Numbered from the stretch's first letter, positions 32,391 through 42,948 are shown. The stretch is 62,290 nt of DNA from Chromatiales bacterium (GCA_026982475.1 JALSHB010000130.1:1-62290); one strand, 5' to 3'. Numbers and translations: made by a program. Notes: generated by a model not told the origin, from the letters alone.

Positions 32391-33994
32391 CAGCCCGGCT
32401 CCGCGCTGGTGCGGTCGCGGCCATTCGCCTTGGCCGTGTAGAGGGCGCGGTCGGCGCGCTGGAACAGGCTTTCGGGGGTGTCGTCCGCCTGCATTTCCGC
32501 CAGTCCCACGGAGACGGTGATGTTGACGCCGGTGCCCTGGTAGTGAAACTGGCTTTGCGACACGTCCTTGCGCAGTTTTTCCACCGCCACCAGGGCGTCG
32601 CCGAGGCCGGTCTCCGGCATCACGATGGCGAATTCCTCGCCACCGTAGCGGGCCAGAAAGTCGGTCTCGCGCAGGTTCTTGCGCACCCGGTCGGCGATGA
32701 TCTTCAGCGCCTTGTCGCCGGCCTTGTGGCCGTAGCTGTCGTTGATGCGCTTGAAGCGGTCGATATCCAGCACCGCCAGCGACAGCGGCAGCTTGTAGCG
32801 CTTGGCGCGGGCGAATTCCTGGGCGATGCGTTCGTCGTAGGCGAGGCGGTTGTAGAGGCCGGTGAGCGGATCGTGCACCGCCAGCTCGTGTTTCTCGCGC
32901 AGGCGCTGGCGCAGGCTCTCGCCTTCCTTCTCCATTTCACGCACGCGCTGGTTGAGGTGTTCGAGCTGTTCCTCCAGCTGGTGCTGGCGCGCCTCGTCGC
33001 TTTCACGGTGTTCGTCGAGGTGGCGCAGGATGGTCTCCAGGCGCTGCTGGATCTCCGCCTTCAGCTGCTGCGGGTCTTCGGCGCGGTCGACGCTGGTTTC
33101 GATGTGCCGCACCTGGGCCTGCACCGCGGCGTCCAGTTCGCGCGAGCTGTCGATGCTGGCGCGGTGGTGGGTCTGCGCCCCGGCCAGGTGCTGGTCGAGG
33201 TCCTGCAGGCGGCCGGTGAGATGACGCAGGAAGTCCTGCAGTTCGTGGGTTTCGGCCTCCATCTGCCGGCGCATGGTGGAAATGAGATCGGCGATGGCGT
33301 GCAGGGCGGGGGCGACGGCGTGTTCCGACAGGCCGTCGGCGAGGCGCTCCTTGAGGCCTTCCACCTCCTCGGTGAGTTCCGCGGGCAGGCTCAGGGTGTC
33401 GAGCAGCTGGATGCAGAATTCGCCCAGCGGCGGGCCTCCGCTCGCCGGCGGCGCAGCAGCCCCGGCGTCTTCCATGGCCTTGCCGCTGCCTTTGGCGCCG
33501 CCCTGGCTGCCGAACAGGCGCTTCATCAGCCCGCCGCCAGCGCCGGCCGCCGGCTGCAGGGCCGTGTTCAGCAGCTCGGCCAACTCGCGCAGGGGGGCCG
33601 CCATCTGGCCAGGCTCGTCCGCCTCGGCCAGGCGGCGGCGCAGGGCCCTGGCCTGCGAGCGCAGCGGGCGCGGCAGGGACAGGCTGTCCAGCCAGTGGGC
33701 GAGCAGTTCCTGGGGGCTGTCGGTGCGCTGCCGGCTGCGCTGCTCATCGAGGCGCACCACGGCATCGGCGACGCCCTCGATGGCCTGTTCCAGTCGCTCG
33801 GCATCGGCGCCGGCGCGGATGGCCTGGCGCAGGGCGTCGAGCTCCCGGTCCAGTCGTTCATCGATGCCCTGCGCGGCCAGCGCCACGCGGCTCAGGCCCT
33901 GGCGCAACAGGGTTTCGGTGGCCTGCCATTGCGCCTCGGCGCGCTCCTGGCGGTCGAGGTTGGCAAGGTATTTCTGTTTCCAGTCGTCGGCCAT
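32390..33994 (-). CDS. Diguanylate cyclase with coiled-coil N-terminus (Pseudomonas DgcP-like context)
   Basis: Motifs DPLTGL, DIDRFK and RETD-x5-GGEEF; downstream of the EEP gene. Confidence 0.9.
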
Positions 33995-34011
33995 GGTCAG
34001 GATCGGCTCAT

Positions 34012-34821
34012 TCAGAACAGCTGCAGGCCATCCGGAAGGATGATCTCGGTGGCGATGGGCAGGTGATCGGAGAGCAGGTGCTGCATGACGTGGACATCGT
34101 GCACCTCCAGGCTGGACGAGGTGAGGATGTGGTCGAGGGTGCGCACGGGCCGCCAGCTGGGATAGGTCTTGAGGCCGTGGGCCGGTTCGGTCAGGTCGGT
34201 GGCGGAAAGCAGGAAGCGCATCTCGCTGCTGTCGGGCTGGCAGTTGAGGTCGCCCATCACCACCACGTGCTGGTAGCGATTGACCAGGTGGGCAATGAAT
34301 TCGAACTGGCGCTGACGGGCGCGCGCGCCCAGCGCCATGTGCAGCATCAGCAGCACCAGGGGGTTGTCGCGGTGACCGTAGCGCACCATGGTCACGCCGC
34401 GGCCCGGCAGGCGCCCGGGCAGCTTGTAGTCGGTGATTTCCGCGGGCTTGTAGCGGCTCAGCAGGCCGTTGCTGTGGCGGGCGATCTTGCCGAGACGGCG
34501 GTTGGTGTGGTGGTGCCAGAAGGGAAAGCCGGCCTTCTTGGCGAGAAATTCGGTCTGGTTGACGAAGCCGGAACGCAGGCTGCCGGCGTCCACCTCCTGC
34601 AGGGCGACGATGTCGAAGTCGCTGATGGCGCGGGCGATGCGCGACAGGTTGTCGTACAGCCGCGAGTGCGGCAGGACGTGCTTCCAGCTCTCCATCAGGT
34701 AGTCGCGGAAGCGGGTGCTGGCGATGCCCACCTGGATGTTGTAGCTGAGCAAGCGAAGACGGGTGCCGTGGGCGCTCTCGTCCAGGTCAAAGGGGTCGGG
34801 AATGGGGATGGTCTGCTGCAT
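34012..34821 (-). CDS. Endonuclease/exonuclease/phosphatase family protein
   Basis: Motifs SYNIQ, LQE, GDLN, LDHI and SDHLP. Confidence 0.9.
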   Translation of the reverse strand: MQQTIPIPDPFDLDESAHGTRLRLLSYNIQVGIASTRFRDYLMESWKHVLPHSRLYDNLSRIARAISDFDIVALQEVDAGSLRSGFVNQTEFLAKKAGFPFWHHHTNRRLGKIARHSNGLLSRYKPAEITDYKLPGRLPGRGVTMVRYGHRDNPLVLLMLHMALGARARQRQFEFIAHLVNRYQHVVVMGDLNCQPDSSEMRFLLSATDLTEPAHGLKTYPSWRPVRTLDHILTSSSLEVHDVHVMQHLLSDHLPIATEIILPDGLQLF

Positions 34822-34839
34822 GGTTCCTGGCGTGTGGTG

Positions 34840-36471
34840 TCACAGGTGGATGATCATGTCGCCGAGTTTTTCGGTCAGGCGCAGGTTCTCGCTGTAGTCC
34901 ACCGGGCAGTCGATGATGCTCACAGCGTCATCGGCCAGCGCCTGGCGCAGGGTGGGCAGCAGCTGCCCGGCCTGCTCGATGCGGTAGCCCCGGGCGCCAA
35001 AGGACTGCGCCAGCTGGATGAAGTCCGGGTTGTTGAATTTGACGTGCGAGGTGCGGCCAAACTGGTTCATCTGTTTCCATTCGATCAGCCCATAGGCGGC
35101 GTCGTTCCAGATCAGCACCACCATCGGGATCTTCAATCGGCAGGCGGTCTCGATCTCTTGAACGTTCATCAGGAATCCGCCGTCGCCGGTCACCGCCACC
35201 ACCTTGCGCTCGGGGCAGGCCAGCTTGGCGGCGATGGCGCCGGGCACGGCGATGCCCATGCTGGCGAAGCCGTTGGAGATCAGGCAGGTGTTGGGGTATT
35301 CGCAGCGAAACATGCGCGCCATCCACATCTTGTGGGCGCCCACGTCGCAGATGACGATGTCTTCCAGGTCCATGGCGGTGCGCAGATCCCAGATGATCTT
35401 CTGCGGCTTCACCGGGCATTCGACATCGTCGCGGTGCTGGTTCATCTCCTCGATCAGCGCCTCGCGCAGGCGGCGCATGCGCTGGCCGTCGTGCGGCGTG
35501 CTCTGCTCGGCAATGCGATCCAGGGCGTGCTTGATGTCGCCCACCACGCCAACGCTGATGCCGTAATGGGCATCCACCTCCGCCGGCGAACTGTCGATGT
35601 GGATCAGGGTGCGGTCACGGGTGGGGTGCCACAGATAGGGGTGATATTCCACCAGGTCGTAGCCCACGCAGATGATCACGTCGGCGTGCTCGAAGCCGAA
35701 GTTGATGTAGTCCTGCGACTGCAGCCCGGCGCTGCCCAGGGCCATGGGGTGACGGAAGGGCACCACGCCCTTGGCCATGAAGGTGTTGGCGACGGGGATC
35801 TGCAGCCTCTCGGCGAAGGCCGCGAGGTTCTCCCAGGCGCCGGCCCGCACCACGCCGTTGCCGGCCAGGATGATGGGCTCGCGGGCGCTGGAGATCAGCT
35901 CCGCGGCGCGCGTCACGCGCTCGGCGGGCGGCTCCGGCATGGAGGAATGCTTCACCGCCAGGGGCACGTCGTCCAAGGTCATCTTGGCGATGTTTTCCGG
36001 AAATTCGATGAAGCAGGCACCGGTCTTTTCCGTCTGCGCCACCTTGAAGGCCTTGCGTGTCACCTCGGGGATGATGTCGGGGGCCAGCAGGCGCGAGGAA
36101 TACTTGGTGAAGCTGCGGAACAGCTCCTCCAGGTCGAGCACCTGATGGGACTCCTTGTGCAGGCGGTGGGTGTCGGCCTGGCCGGCGATGGCCACCAGCG
36201 GGGCGTGGTCCATGTTGGCGTCGGCGACACCGGTGATGAGATTGGTGGCGCCGGGACCGAGGGTGGCCATGCAAACCCCGGCGCGGCCGGTCAGCCGCCC
36301 GTAGACATCGGCCATGAAGGCCGCGCCCTGCTCGTGGCGGGTGCTGATGAACTGGATGCGCGACGACAGCAGCGCATCCATCATGTCGAGGTTTTCCTCG
36401 CCGGGGATGCCGAAGATGTACTCGACACCCTCGTTTTCCAGGCAGCGAACAAAAAGCTCGGCGGCCTTCAT
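34840..36471 (-). CDS. ThDP-dependent enzyme, acetolactate synthase large subunit-like
   Basis: Motifs FGIPGEEN, RHEQGAAFMA, GPGATN and the GDGGF...WND ThDP motif. Confidence 0.88.
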   Translation of the reverse strand: MKAAELFVRCLENEGVEYIFGIPGEENLDMMDALLSSRIQFISTRHEQGAAFMADVYGRLTGRAGVCMATLGPGATNLITGVADANMDHAPLVAIAGQADTHRLHKESHQVLDLEELFRSFTKYSSRLLAPDIIPEVTRKAFKVAQTEKTGACFIEFPENIAKMTLDDVPLAVKHSSMPEPPAERVTRAAELISSAREPIILAGNGVVRAGAWENLAAFAERLQIPVANTFMAKGVVPFRHPMALGSAGLQSQDYINFGFEHADVIICVGYDLVEYHPYLWHPTRDRTLIHIDSSPAEVDAHYGISVGVVGDIKHALDRIAEQSTPHDGQRMRRLREALIEEMNQHRDDVECPVKPQKIIWDLRTAMDLEDIVICDVGAHKMWMARMFRCEYPNTCLISNGFASMGIAVPGAIAAKLACPERKVVAVTGDGGFLMNVQEIETACRLKIPMVVLIWNDAAYGLIEWKQMNQFGRTSHVKFNNPDFIQLAQSFGARGYRIEQAGQLLPTLRQALADDAVSIIDCPVDYSENLRLTEKLGDMIIHL

Positions 36472-36518
36472 GGCGCCGAGCTTCCCGATTCCTGGCCTGG
36501 CCCGCCCAGGGGCATGGG

Positions 36519-37160
36519 CTACTTGCTTTCCTGTTGCACCAGGTAGTTGACCACCTGGAACACACGGGCAGTGCCGCCGGCTTCTCCGATACCGGTCCGG
36601 TACTTGCCGTTGACGATGATGGCCGGCACGCCACGGACGCCGTAGCGGTGACCCATATCACGCGCGCGGCGCAGCTTGGTCTCCACGGCGAAGGAGCGGA
36701 ACACCCGCTTGAAGTCCTTCTCGGCCACGCCGTGCTGCTTGAACAGGGCCAGGATCTCGGCCTCGCTGTTCATGCGCCGCTTCTGTTCGTGGATAGCCTC
36801 GAACATAGCCCCGTGGATCTTGTCCACCACGCCAAGGATCTCGGCGGTGTAATAGGCGCGGGCGCCGATCTCCCAACTGGGCTGGAAAATGCCGGGCATG
36901 CGCACGAATTTCACGTTGGCCGGCTTTCTCTTCAGCCAGCGTTCGGTATAGGGCTTGAGACGGTAGCAATGCGGACAGCCGTACCAGAACAGCTCCACCA
37001 CCTCCACCTGACCCGGCGCAGCGCTGGTCGGCTGCGGTGGATCCACGCGCTCATAGTGCACACCCTCCTGATAGGGCGCGGCAAAACCGCTGGAAATGGA
37101 CGCCCCCAACAGGGCCAGGCTGGCGAACAGGATGACGAGTTTATGGGTTGAAAGCTTCAT
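36519..37160 (-). CDS. dsbA: Thiol:disulfide interchange protein DsbA
   Basis: Signal peptide; FWYGCPHC and GVP..VNGKY. Confidence 0.93.
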   Translation of the reverse strand: MKLSTHKLVILFASLALLGASISSGFAAPYQEGVHYERVDPPQPTSAAPGQVEVVELFWYGCPHCYRLKPYTERWLKRKPANVKFVRMPGIFQPSWEIGARAYYTAEILGVVDKIHGAMFEAIHEQKRRMNSEAEILALFKQHGVAEKDFKRVFRSFAVETKLRRARDMGHRYGVRGVPAIIVNGKYRTGIGEAGGTARVFQVVNYLVQQESK

Positions 37161-37417
37161 CGAAAAACCTCTGGGTTTATTCTTGATGGATTCCTGGTTG
37201 ACGATTTCAGGGCGCGCGCCGGGCGTGGCGCTGTTCCGGCGAGCCTATCCAAATCACTACCCGAACGCAAACCCGCAAAAGCACTGATTCTCGTTGCCGG
37301 TTTCATGGTTTATCCTATAGGTCTCACAGGCGCCTCAGCTTAGGTCACCTGTGCGGCGCAAAGGTTCCCGCCCGCGCGCCATCGGCACCGACACCATTCA
37401 CAAGGAGCACGACCCTC

Positions 37418-37903
37418 ATGGTCTCCGAAAAGATCGATCTTGCCCAGTTTCTCAATCAGCAATACCTGTGCGAGTCCCTGACCATCAAAGAAGTCACCAC
37501 CCTCATCGACTACACCGAGCTGGTGATCTTCGACAAGGGCGACGTGATCGCCGACATCGGCGACGTGGGCGAGGCGCTGTACTTCGTTATCAAGGGCGAG
37601 GCGGCGCTGTTCGTCGGCGACCAGACCGAAAGCCAGGTGGGCCTGATCAAGGCCGGCGAACTGATGGGCGAAATGTCCTTCTTCGATCGCAAGCCACGTT
37701 CCGTGCGCGCCCGCGCCATGCAGAACGACACCCAGCTGCTGAAGCTGTCGCGCGCCATGTACAAGCGCCTGCGCGTGGAGCATCCGTACATCACCGTGAA
37801 CCTCCTGGAGCACGCCATCATCAGTCTCGATCACCTGTTCCGCCAGGCCAGCAACGACCTCTCCAGCCTGTCAAACTACTTCAACATGCCGGGGCGAAAA
37901 TAG
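37418..37903 (+). CDS. Stand-alone cyclic nucleotide-binding domain protein
   Basis: GD..YFVIKG and GELMGEMSFFD..PRS phosphate-binding cassette; no HTH domain. Confidence 0.85.
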   Translation: MVSEKIDLAQFLNQQYLCESLTIKEVTTLIDYTELVIFDKGDVIADIGDVGEALYFVIKGEAALFVGDQTESQVGLIKAGELMGEMSFFDRKPRSVRARAMQNDTQLLKLSRAMYKRLRVEHPYITVNLLEHAIISLDHLFRQASNDLSSLSNYFNMPGRK

Positions 37904-37929
37904 CCGCCGGGTCAATAAGCCGGATCAAT

Positions 37930-37963
37930 AAAAGGCCGCCGTGCTCGCACGGCGGCCTTTTTT
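37930..37963. terminator. Bidirectional intrinsic terminator
   Basis: aaaa-ggccgccgtgc-tc-gcacggcggcc-tttttt between convergent genes. Confidence 0.88.
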
Positions 37964-37998
37964 GCTGTGGCCCGGAACTCTCCCGAGCCGCCAGTCCA

Positions 37999-38598
37999 CT
38001 ACTTGTCAAGCCTCGACAGATACTCGGCGACGGCGGCAATGTCCTTGTCGGACATCTTCGCCGCCACGCCCTGCATCATGCCGTTGACATCGTTGCTGCG
38101 CGCCTCGGTGCGATAATCGTGTAACGCCTTGCTGATGTAACCGGCCTTCTGCCCCGCCAGGCGGGGGAAGCCCGCCGGACCATTGCCCACCGCATTGGGG
38201 CCGTGACAACTGGCGCACGATGGCACGCCGGTGTAACGGTTTCCGCCTACATACAGCTTGCGGCCCTTGCTGTTGAGCTCGCCTTCCTCGGCCTTGGCCT
38301 TCTGGCTGCTGAAATAGGCCACGATATCGGCAATGTCCTCATCGCTCAGGCCTTCAACCATGCCGCTCATGGTAGGATCCTGGCGCGCACCGGACTGAAA
38401 ATCGTACATCTGTTTGCTGAGATAACCGGGAATCTGCCCCGCCAGGCTCGGCCATTCGGTATTGAAGCTGTTGCCATCTTCTCCATGGCAGCCCTGGCAC
38501 ATGGCGGACTTTTCCTTGCCGGCGACGGGATCACCGGCAGCGGTAGCATTGGCACTGAAACCCAGCAGCATACAGAGCGCGAGATGCGACCCTTTCAT
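37999..38598 (-). CDS. Diheme cytochrome c4
   Basis: Signal peptide; heme motifs CQGCH and CASCH; PxLAGQ repeats. Confidence 0.92.
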   Translation of the reverse strand: MKGSHLALCMLLGFSANATAAGDPVAGKEKSAMCQGCHGEDGNSFNTEWPSLAGQIPGYLSKQMYDFQSGARQDPTMSGMVEGLSDEDIADIVAYFSSQKAKAEEGELNSKGRKLYVGGNRYTGVPSCASCHGPNAVGNGPAGFPRLAGQKAGYISKALHDYRTEARSNDVNGMMQGVAAKMSDKDIAAVAEYLSRLDK

Positions 38599-38713
38599 AA
38601 CTTTGATCTCCTAAATTAACGTTGATAATGACTGGTTAAAACCGGGGAATGCGTGAATGATGTCGAATCGGCCCAGTGACTGGCAACGTTGTGGCGGCCT
38701 TGCCGCGCCACAA

Positions 38714-39040
38714 TCACCTGAGTCTCATGGGGCCCGATTGATTACTTTCAAAAAACGCCGAAACATCTTCCATGTCCTGATCGGACATGGACGCCGCCAT
38801 GCCGTTCATGATGGGATCCTTGCGGGTGCCGCTGCGGAAGGCCTTGAGCTGTTTCACCATGTATTTGGCATGTTGTCCCGCCAGTATGGGGTAGGCCGGA
38901 TTGGTGCTCACGCCCCCCTTGCCATGGCATACCTGGCATGCGCGGGCCTTGTCCCTGCCGGCCTCCACATCACCGGCAGCCTGGACGGGTGTCGCCGCCA
39001 ACATGGCCAGCAAAAAGAAAACCAGAACCCGCCATTGCAT
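38714..39040 (-). CDS. Monoheme c-type cytochrome (c553/c554-like)
   Basis: Signal peptide; CQVCH, YPILAGQ and a Met ligand region. Confidence 0.9.
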   Translation of the reverse strand: MQWRVLVFFLLAMLAATPVQAAGDVEAGRDKARACQVCHGKGGVSTNPAYPILAGQHAKYMVKQLKAFRSGTRKDPIMNGMAASMSDQDMEDVSAFFESNQSGPMRLR

Positions 39041-39314
39041 TATTACGCTTGCCTTCGTCATTTCTGTTTTTCACGCCTCGTGCAGCTCTGGCCGTCGCCT
39101 CCGCCCCATGCCGGCAAGTCTGCCAGCAAGCTGCGGCAACGAGCCACACAGCCATACGGAGCAGAGCCTGCGGACAATGGCAGAACCATTTCAACCCCCC
39201 CTCTTCGACGACCACCTGAGTTCGACAGACTCTTAGGTTATTGCAGCTTTTGGCAAATTGCCACTCTATAATGGTGATTCCGCGCCGATGCCAACAATAT
39301 CCCCGAGCCCGCTC

Positions 39315-39962
39315 ATGTCACAGACCCGCCCCCGCAAATCCTCTCCCTATCGGCATGCCTGTTTCCTCACCAGCGCCGCTCAGCTCACCCAGCTGCCGCC
39401 CGACGAGGGCTTCGAAGTGGCCTTTGCCGGGCGCTCCAATGCCGGCAAGTCCAGTGCCCTGAACCGCATCACGCAGCAGAAGTCCCTGGCCCGCACCAGC
39501 AAGACGCCAGGCCGCACCCAGCTGATCAACTTTTTCACCCTGGACGACGAACGCCGGCTGGTCGACCTGCCGGGCTATGGCTACGCCAGGGTCGCCGAAG
39601 CCGTCAAGCGGCGCTGGCAGGAAACCATGGAGGACTATCTCGCCAGCCGTCGGTCGCTGCAGGGGCTGGTCCTGCTGATGGACGTGCGCCATCCCCTGCG
39701 TGATACCGACCGGCAGCTGCTCGACTGGTGCTGGCACGTCGGCATGCCGGTGCACGTGCTGCTGACCAAGGCCGACAAGCTCAAGCGTGGCCCGGCCCAG
39801 GCCACCCTGCTGAAGGTGCGCGAGGCGCTGGCCCGCCAGGCGCCGCCCGGCAGCACCAGCGTGCAGCTGTTCTCCGCCCTCAAGGGCAGCGGCATCGATG
39901 AAGTACGCGACAGGCTCGACCACTGGCTGCGGCTGGCGGCCGTCAGTGACGAAGAGGCGTAA
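39315..39962 (+). CDS. engB: GTP-binding protein EngB/YihA
   Basis: Motifs [22 protein letters not shown] and TKADK. Confidence 0.96.
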   Translation: MSQTRPRKSSPYRHACFLTSAAQLTQLPPDEGFEVAFAGRSNAGKSSALNRITQQKSLARTSKTPGRTQLINFFTLDDERRLVDLPGYGYARVAEAVKRRWQETMEDYLASRRSLQGLVLLMDVRHPLRDTDRQLLDWCWHVGMPVHVLLTKADKLKRGPAQATLLKVREALARQAPPGSTSVQLFSALKGSGIDEVRDRLDHWLRLAAVSDEEA

Positions 39963-39970
39963 AAAAGGGC

Positions 39971-40100
39971 AAAAAAAACCCCGGTGCCCGTGGTTGGGAG
40001 GAGGCGGGCACCGGGGTCAATACCCGGCATTGGGGGCACCGGGAGTTGAATACCCGCTAGGGAGGAGGAGCGGGGAGGAGCGCTGCTCAGCGCTCACTCA
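39971..40100 (-). ncRNA. Candidate sRNA of about 130 nt with CCUCCUCCC loops, at the polA-engB (Spot 42/ErsA) position
   Basis: Four hairpins, the last a terminator with a U8 tail; upstream sigmaE-like promoter. Confidence 0.65.
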
Positions 40101-40105
40101 CCTAC

Positions 40106-40133
40106 TATGACGGCCGGTATGAATAAAAGTTTC
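40106..40133 (-). promoter_or_regulatory. SigmaE/AlgU-like promoter
   Basis: Minus strand GAAACTT-N16-TCATA, with an AT-rich tract upstream. Confidence 0.6.
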
Positions 40134-40180
40134 GAGGCCTTTTAAAAATTTTTTATAACCAACTGTGGCGGCAGGCCTTT

Positions 40181-42883
40181 TCAGTGTGCCTCGTCCCAGT
40201 TGTCCCCCACCCCGGTATCCACCACCAATGGCACCTTCAGCGCCGCCACGTCGGTCATGCAGCGTTCGATCTCCGTCCGCGCGGCCTCCACCTGGTCCTC
40301 ATGGACCTCGAACACCAGCTCATCGTGCACCTGCATGATCAACGTCACGTCCAGCGCCGTTTCACCGATCCAGCGGTGGGTCTCGATCATCGCCTTCTTG
40401 ATGATGTCCGCCGCGGTGCCCTGCATGGGCGCGTTGATGGCGGTGCGCTCGGCGTACTGGCGGCGCTGGCCGTTGCGGTGGTTGATTTCCGGCAGGTACA
40501 GGCGGCGGCCGAATACGGTCTCGACGTAGCCCTTTTCGCGCGCGCTCTCGCGGGTGCGGTCCATGAAGGCCTTCACCCCGGGGTAGCGCTGGAAGTAGAG
40601 GTCGACGTATTCCTGCGCCGCCTGGCGCGGGATGCCCAGCTGCCGCGCCAGGCCGAAGGCGGACATGCCGTAGATGAGGCCGAAGTTGATGGCCTTGGCG
40701 CTGCGCCGCTGCTCGGCGTCGACCGCCTCCAGCGGCACCCCGAACACCTCGGCGGCGGTGGCGCGATGGATATCCTCACCCTGGGCGAAGGCGCGCAACA
40801 GGCCCTCGTCACCGGACAGGTGGGCCATGATGCGCAGCTCGATCTGCGAATAGTCGGCGGCGAGGATCTTGTGCCGTGGCGGCGCGATGAAGGCCTGGCG
40901 GATGCGCCGCCCCTCGGTGGTGCGCACCGGGATATTTTGCAGATTCGGGTCGGACGACGACAGCCGGCCGGTGCTGGCCACCGCCTGGTGATAGGAGGTA
41001 TGCACGCGGCCGGTGTCGGGGTCGATGCGCCGGGGCAGCTTGTCGGTGTAGGTGGACTTGAGCTTGGAGAGGCTGCGGTAGTCGAGGATCAGGCGCGGCA
41101 GGGGGTAGTCCAGGGCCAGCTCCGCCAGCACCTCCTCGGCGGTGGAGGGCGCGCCCTTGGGGGTCTTCTTCAGCACCGGCAGGCCGAGCTTGTCGAACAG
41201 GATGGCCTGGATCTGCTTGGGCGAGCCGAGGTTGAAGGGCTCGCCGGCCACCTCGAAGGCCTCTTTTTCGATCTCGGCCATGCGCGCCGCCAGCTCCTCG
41301 CTCTGCCGCGCCAGCATCTCGGCGTCTACCAGCACGCCGGTACGCTCCATGTCGGAGAGTACCGGGATCAACGGCATCTCGATGTCGCGGAACAGCGCCG
41401 CCAGCTTCGGCTCGGCTTCCAGCTTCGGCCACAGCACCTGGTGCAGGCGCAGGGTGATGTCGGCGTCCTCGGCGGCGTAGGGGCCGGCGGTGGCGATGGG
41501 CACCTGTTCGAAGCCGATCTGTTTGGCACCCTTGCCGGCCACGTCCTGGTAGCTGGTGGTCTTGCGGTTGAGGTACTTGAGGGCCAGCGAGTCCATGTCG
41601 TGGCGCGAGGCGGTGCTGTCCAGCACATAGGATTCGAGCATGGTGTCGAAGGCCATGCCGCGCAGGGCGATGCCGTGATTGAGCAGTACGTTGCGGTCGT
41701 ACTTGAGGTTCTGCCCCAGCAGCGGCGTGTCGGCGTCCTCCAGCAGCGGGCGCAGCTGCTCCAGCACCCAGTCGCGGTCGAGCTGCTCGCCGCCCGTGGG
41801 ATCGTCGTGGGTCAGCGGCACATAGGCCGCCTCGCCCGCCTCGACGGCGAAGGACACGCCCACCACGCGGGCCTGCATGTAGTCGAGACTGGTGGTCTCG
41901 GTGTCGAAGGCGAACAGTGGGGCGTCGCGCAGGCGTTGCAGCCAGACCGTGAAGGCCTGGCGATCCTGCAGCAGATGGTAGTCGCCGTCAGCGTGGTCGG
42001 CCTCGTCCTGCGGCGTCTCCTCCCCGTCACCGGACAGCAGTTCCGACAGCCAGCTCTTGAATTCCAGTTCGCCCACCAGCTTGATCAGGCGCTCCCTGTC
42101 CGGCTCGCGCACACGCAGGGCCTGCGGGCCCTGCGGCAACGGCACGTCGCACTTGATGGTGGCGAGCTGGCGTGACAAGGGCAGCTGGTCCAGCGAGGCG
42201 CGCAGGTTTTCGCCCACCTTACCCTTGATCTCGTCGGCGTGCTGGATGATCCCGTCCAGGCTGCCGTACTGCTTGAGCCACTTCACCGCCGTCTTCGGCC
42301 CCACCTTGGGCACCCCGGGGATGTTGTCGGAGGTATCGCCCACCAGGGCCAGATAATCGACGATCAGCGACGGCGGGATGCCGAACTTCTCCTCCACCCC
42401 GGCGACGTCGAGGGTGGTGCCGTCCATGGTGTTGACCAGGGTGACGTGCTCGTTGACCAGTTGCGCCATGTCCTTGTCGCCGGTGGAGATCACCGTGTCC
42501 ATGCCCTGCTCGGCCGCCTGCCGCGCCAGGGTGCCGATGACGTCGTCCGCCTCCACGCCGTCGATCACCAGCACCGGCAGGCCCATGGCCTCCACCAACT
42601 GGTGCAACAGCGCGACCTGGCTGCGCAGCTCATCGGGCATGGGCGGGCGGTTGGCCTTGTATTCGGCGTACAGGTCGTCGCGGAAGGTCTTGCCCTTGGC
42701 GTCGAACACCACCGCCATCAGCGCCGGCTGGTAGTCCTTGATCAGCCGCCGCAGCATGTTGGCGACGCCATAGATGGCCCCCGTATGCTGGCCGCGGGAA
42801 TTGCTCAGCGAGGGCAGGGCGTGAAAGGCGCGATACAGATAGGACGAGCCATCGACGAGGATCAGGCGGGGTCTTTTGGTCAT
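40181..42883 (-). CDS. polA: DNA polymerase I
   Basis: Motifs LVDGSSYLYRAFHA, FDTET, ADYSQIELR, AKAINFGLIYG and QVHDEL. Confidence 0.98.
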   Translation of the reverse strand: MTKRPRLILVDGSSYLYRAFHALPSLSNSRGQHTGAIYGVANMLRRLIKDYQPALMAVVFDAKGKTFRDDLYAEYKANRPPMPDELRSQVALLHQLVEAMGLPVLVIDGVEADDVIGTLARQAAEQGMDTVISTGDKDMAQLVNEHVTLVNTMDGTTLDVAGVEEKFGIPPSLIVDYLALVGDTSDNIPGVPKVGPKTAVKWLKQYGSLDGIIQHADEIKGKVGENLRASLDQLPLSRQLATIKCDVPLPQGPQALRVREPDRERLIKLVGELEFKSWLSELLSGDGEETPQDEADHADGDYHLLQDRQAFTVWLQRLRDAPLFAFDTETTSLDYMQARVVGVSFAVEAGEAAYVPLTHDDPTGGEQLDRDWVLEQLRPLLEDADTPLLGQNLKYDRNVLLNHGIALRGMAFDTMLESYVLDSTASRHDMDSLALKYLNRKTTSYQDVAGKGAKQIGFEQVPIATAGPYAAEDADITLRLHQVLWPKLEAEPKLAALFRDIEMPLIPVLSDMERTGVLVDAEMLARQSEELAARMAEIEKEAFEVAGEPFNLGSPKQIQAILFDKLGLPVLKKTPKGAPSTAEEVLAELALDYPLPRLILDYRSLSKLKSTYTDKLPRRIDPDTGRVHTSYHQAVASTGRLSSSDPNLQNIPVRTTEGRRIRQAFIAPPRHKILAADYSQIELRIMAHLSGDEGLLRAFAQGEDIHRATAAEVFGVPLEAVDAEQRRSAKAINFGLIYGMSAFGLARQLGIPRQAAQEYVDLYFQRYPGVKAFMDRTRESAREKGYVETVFGRRLYLPEINHRNGQRRQYAERTAINAPMQGTAADIIKKAMIETHRWIGETALDVTLIMQVHDELVFEVHEDQVEAARTEIERCMTDVAALKVPLVVDTGVGDNWDEAH

Positions 42884-42948
42884 GGTGTGGACTTGGACGA
42901 GTTGGAATGGGATGGGTTAGACTGAATCACATGCAAAACGATTATCCC

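Noticed and set aside
39971-40105. Direct Spot 42 (spf) ortholog
   Set aside because: The position is shared, but the sequence does not resemble Spot 42 beyond GTAGG. It is reported as a distinct candidate sRNA instead.
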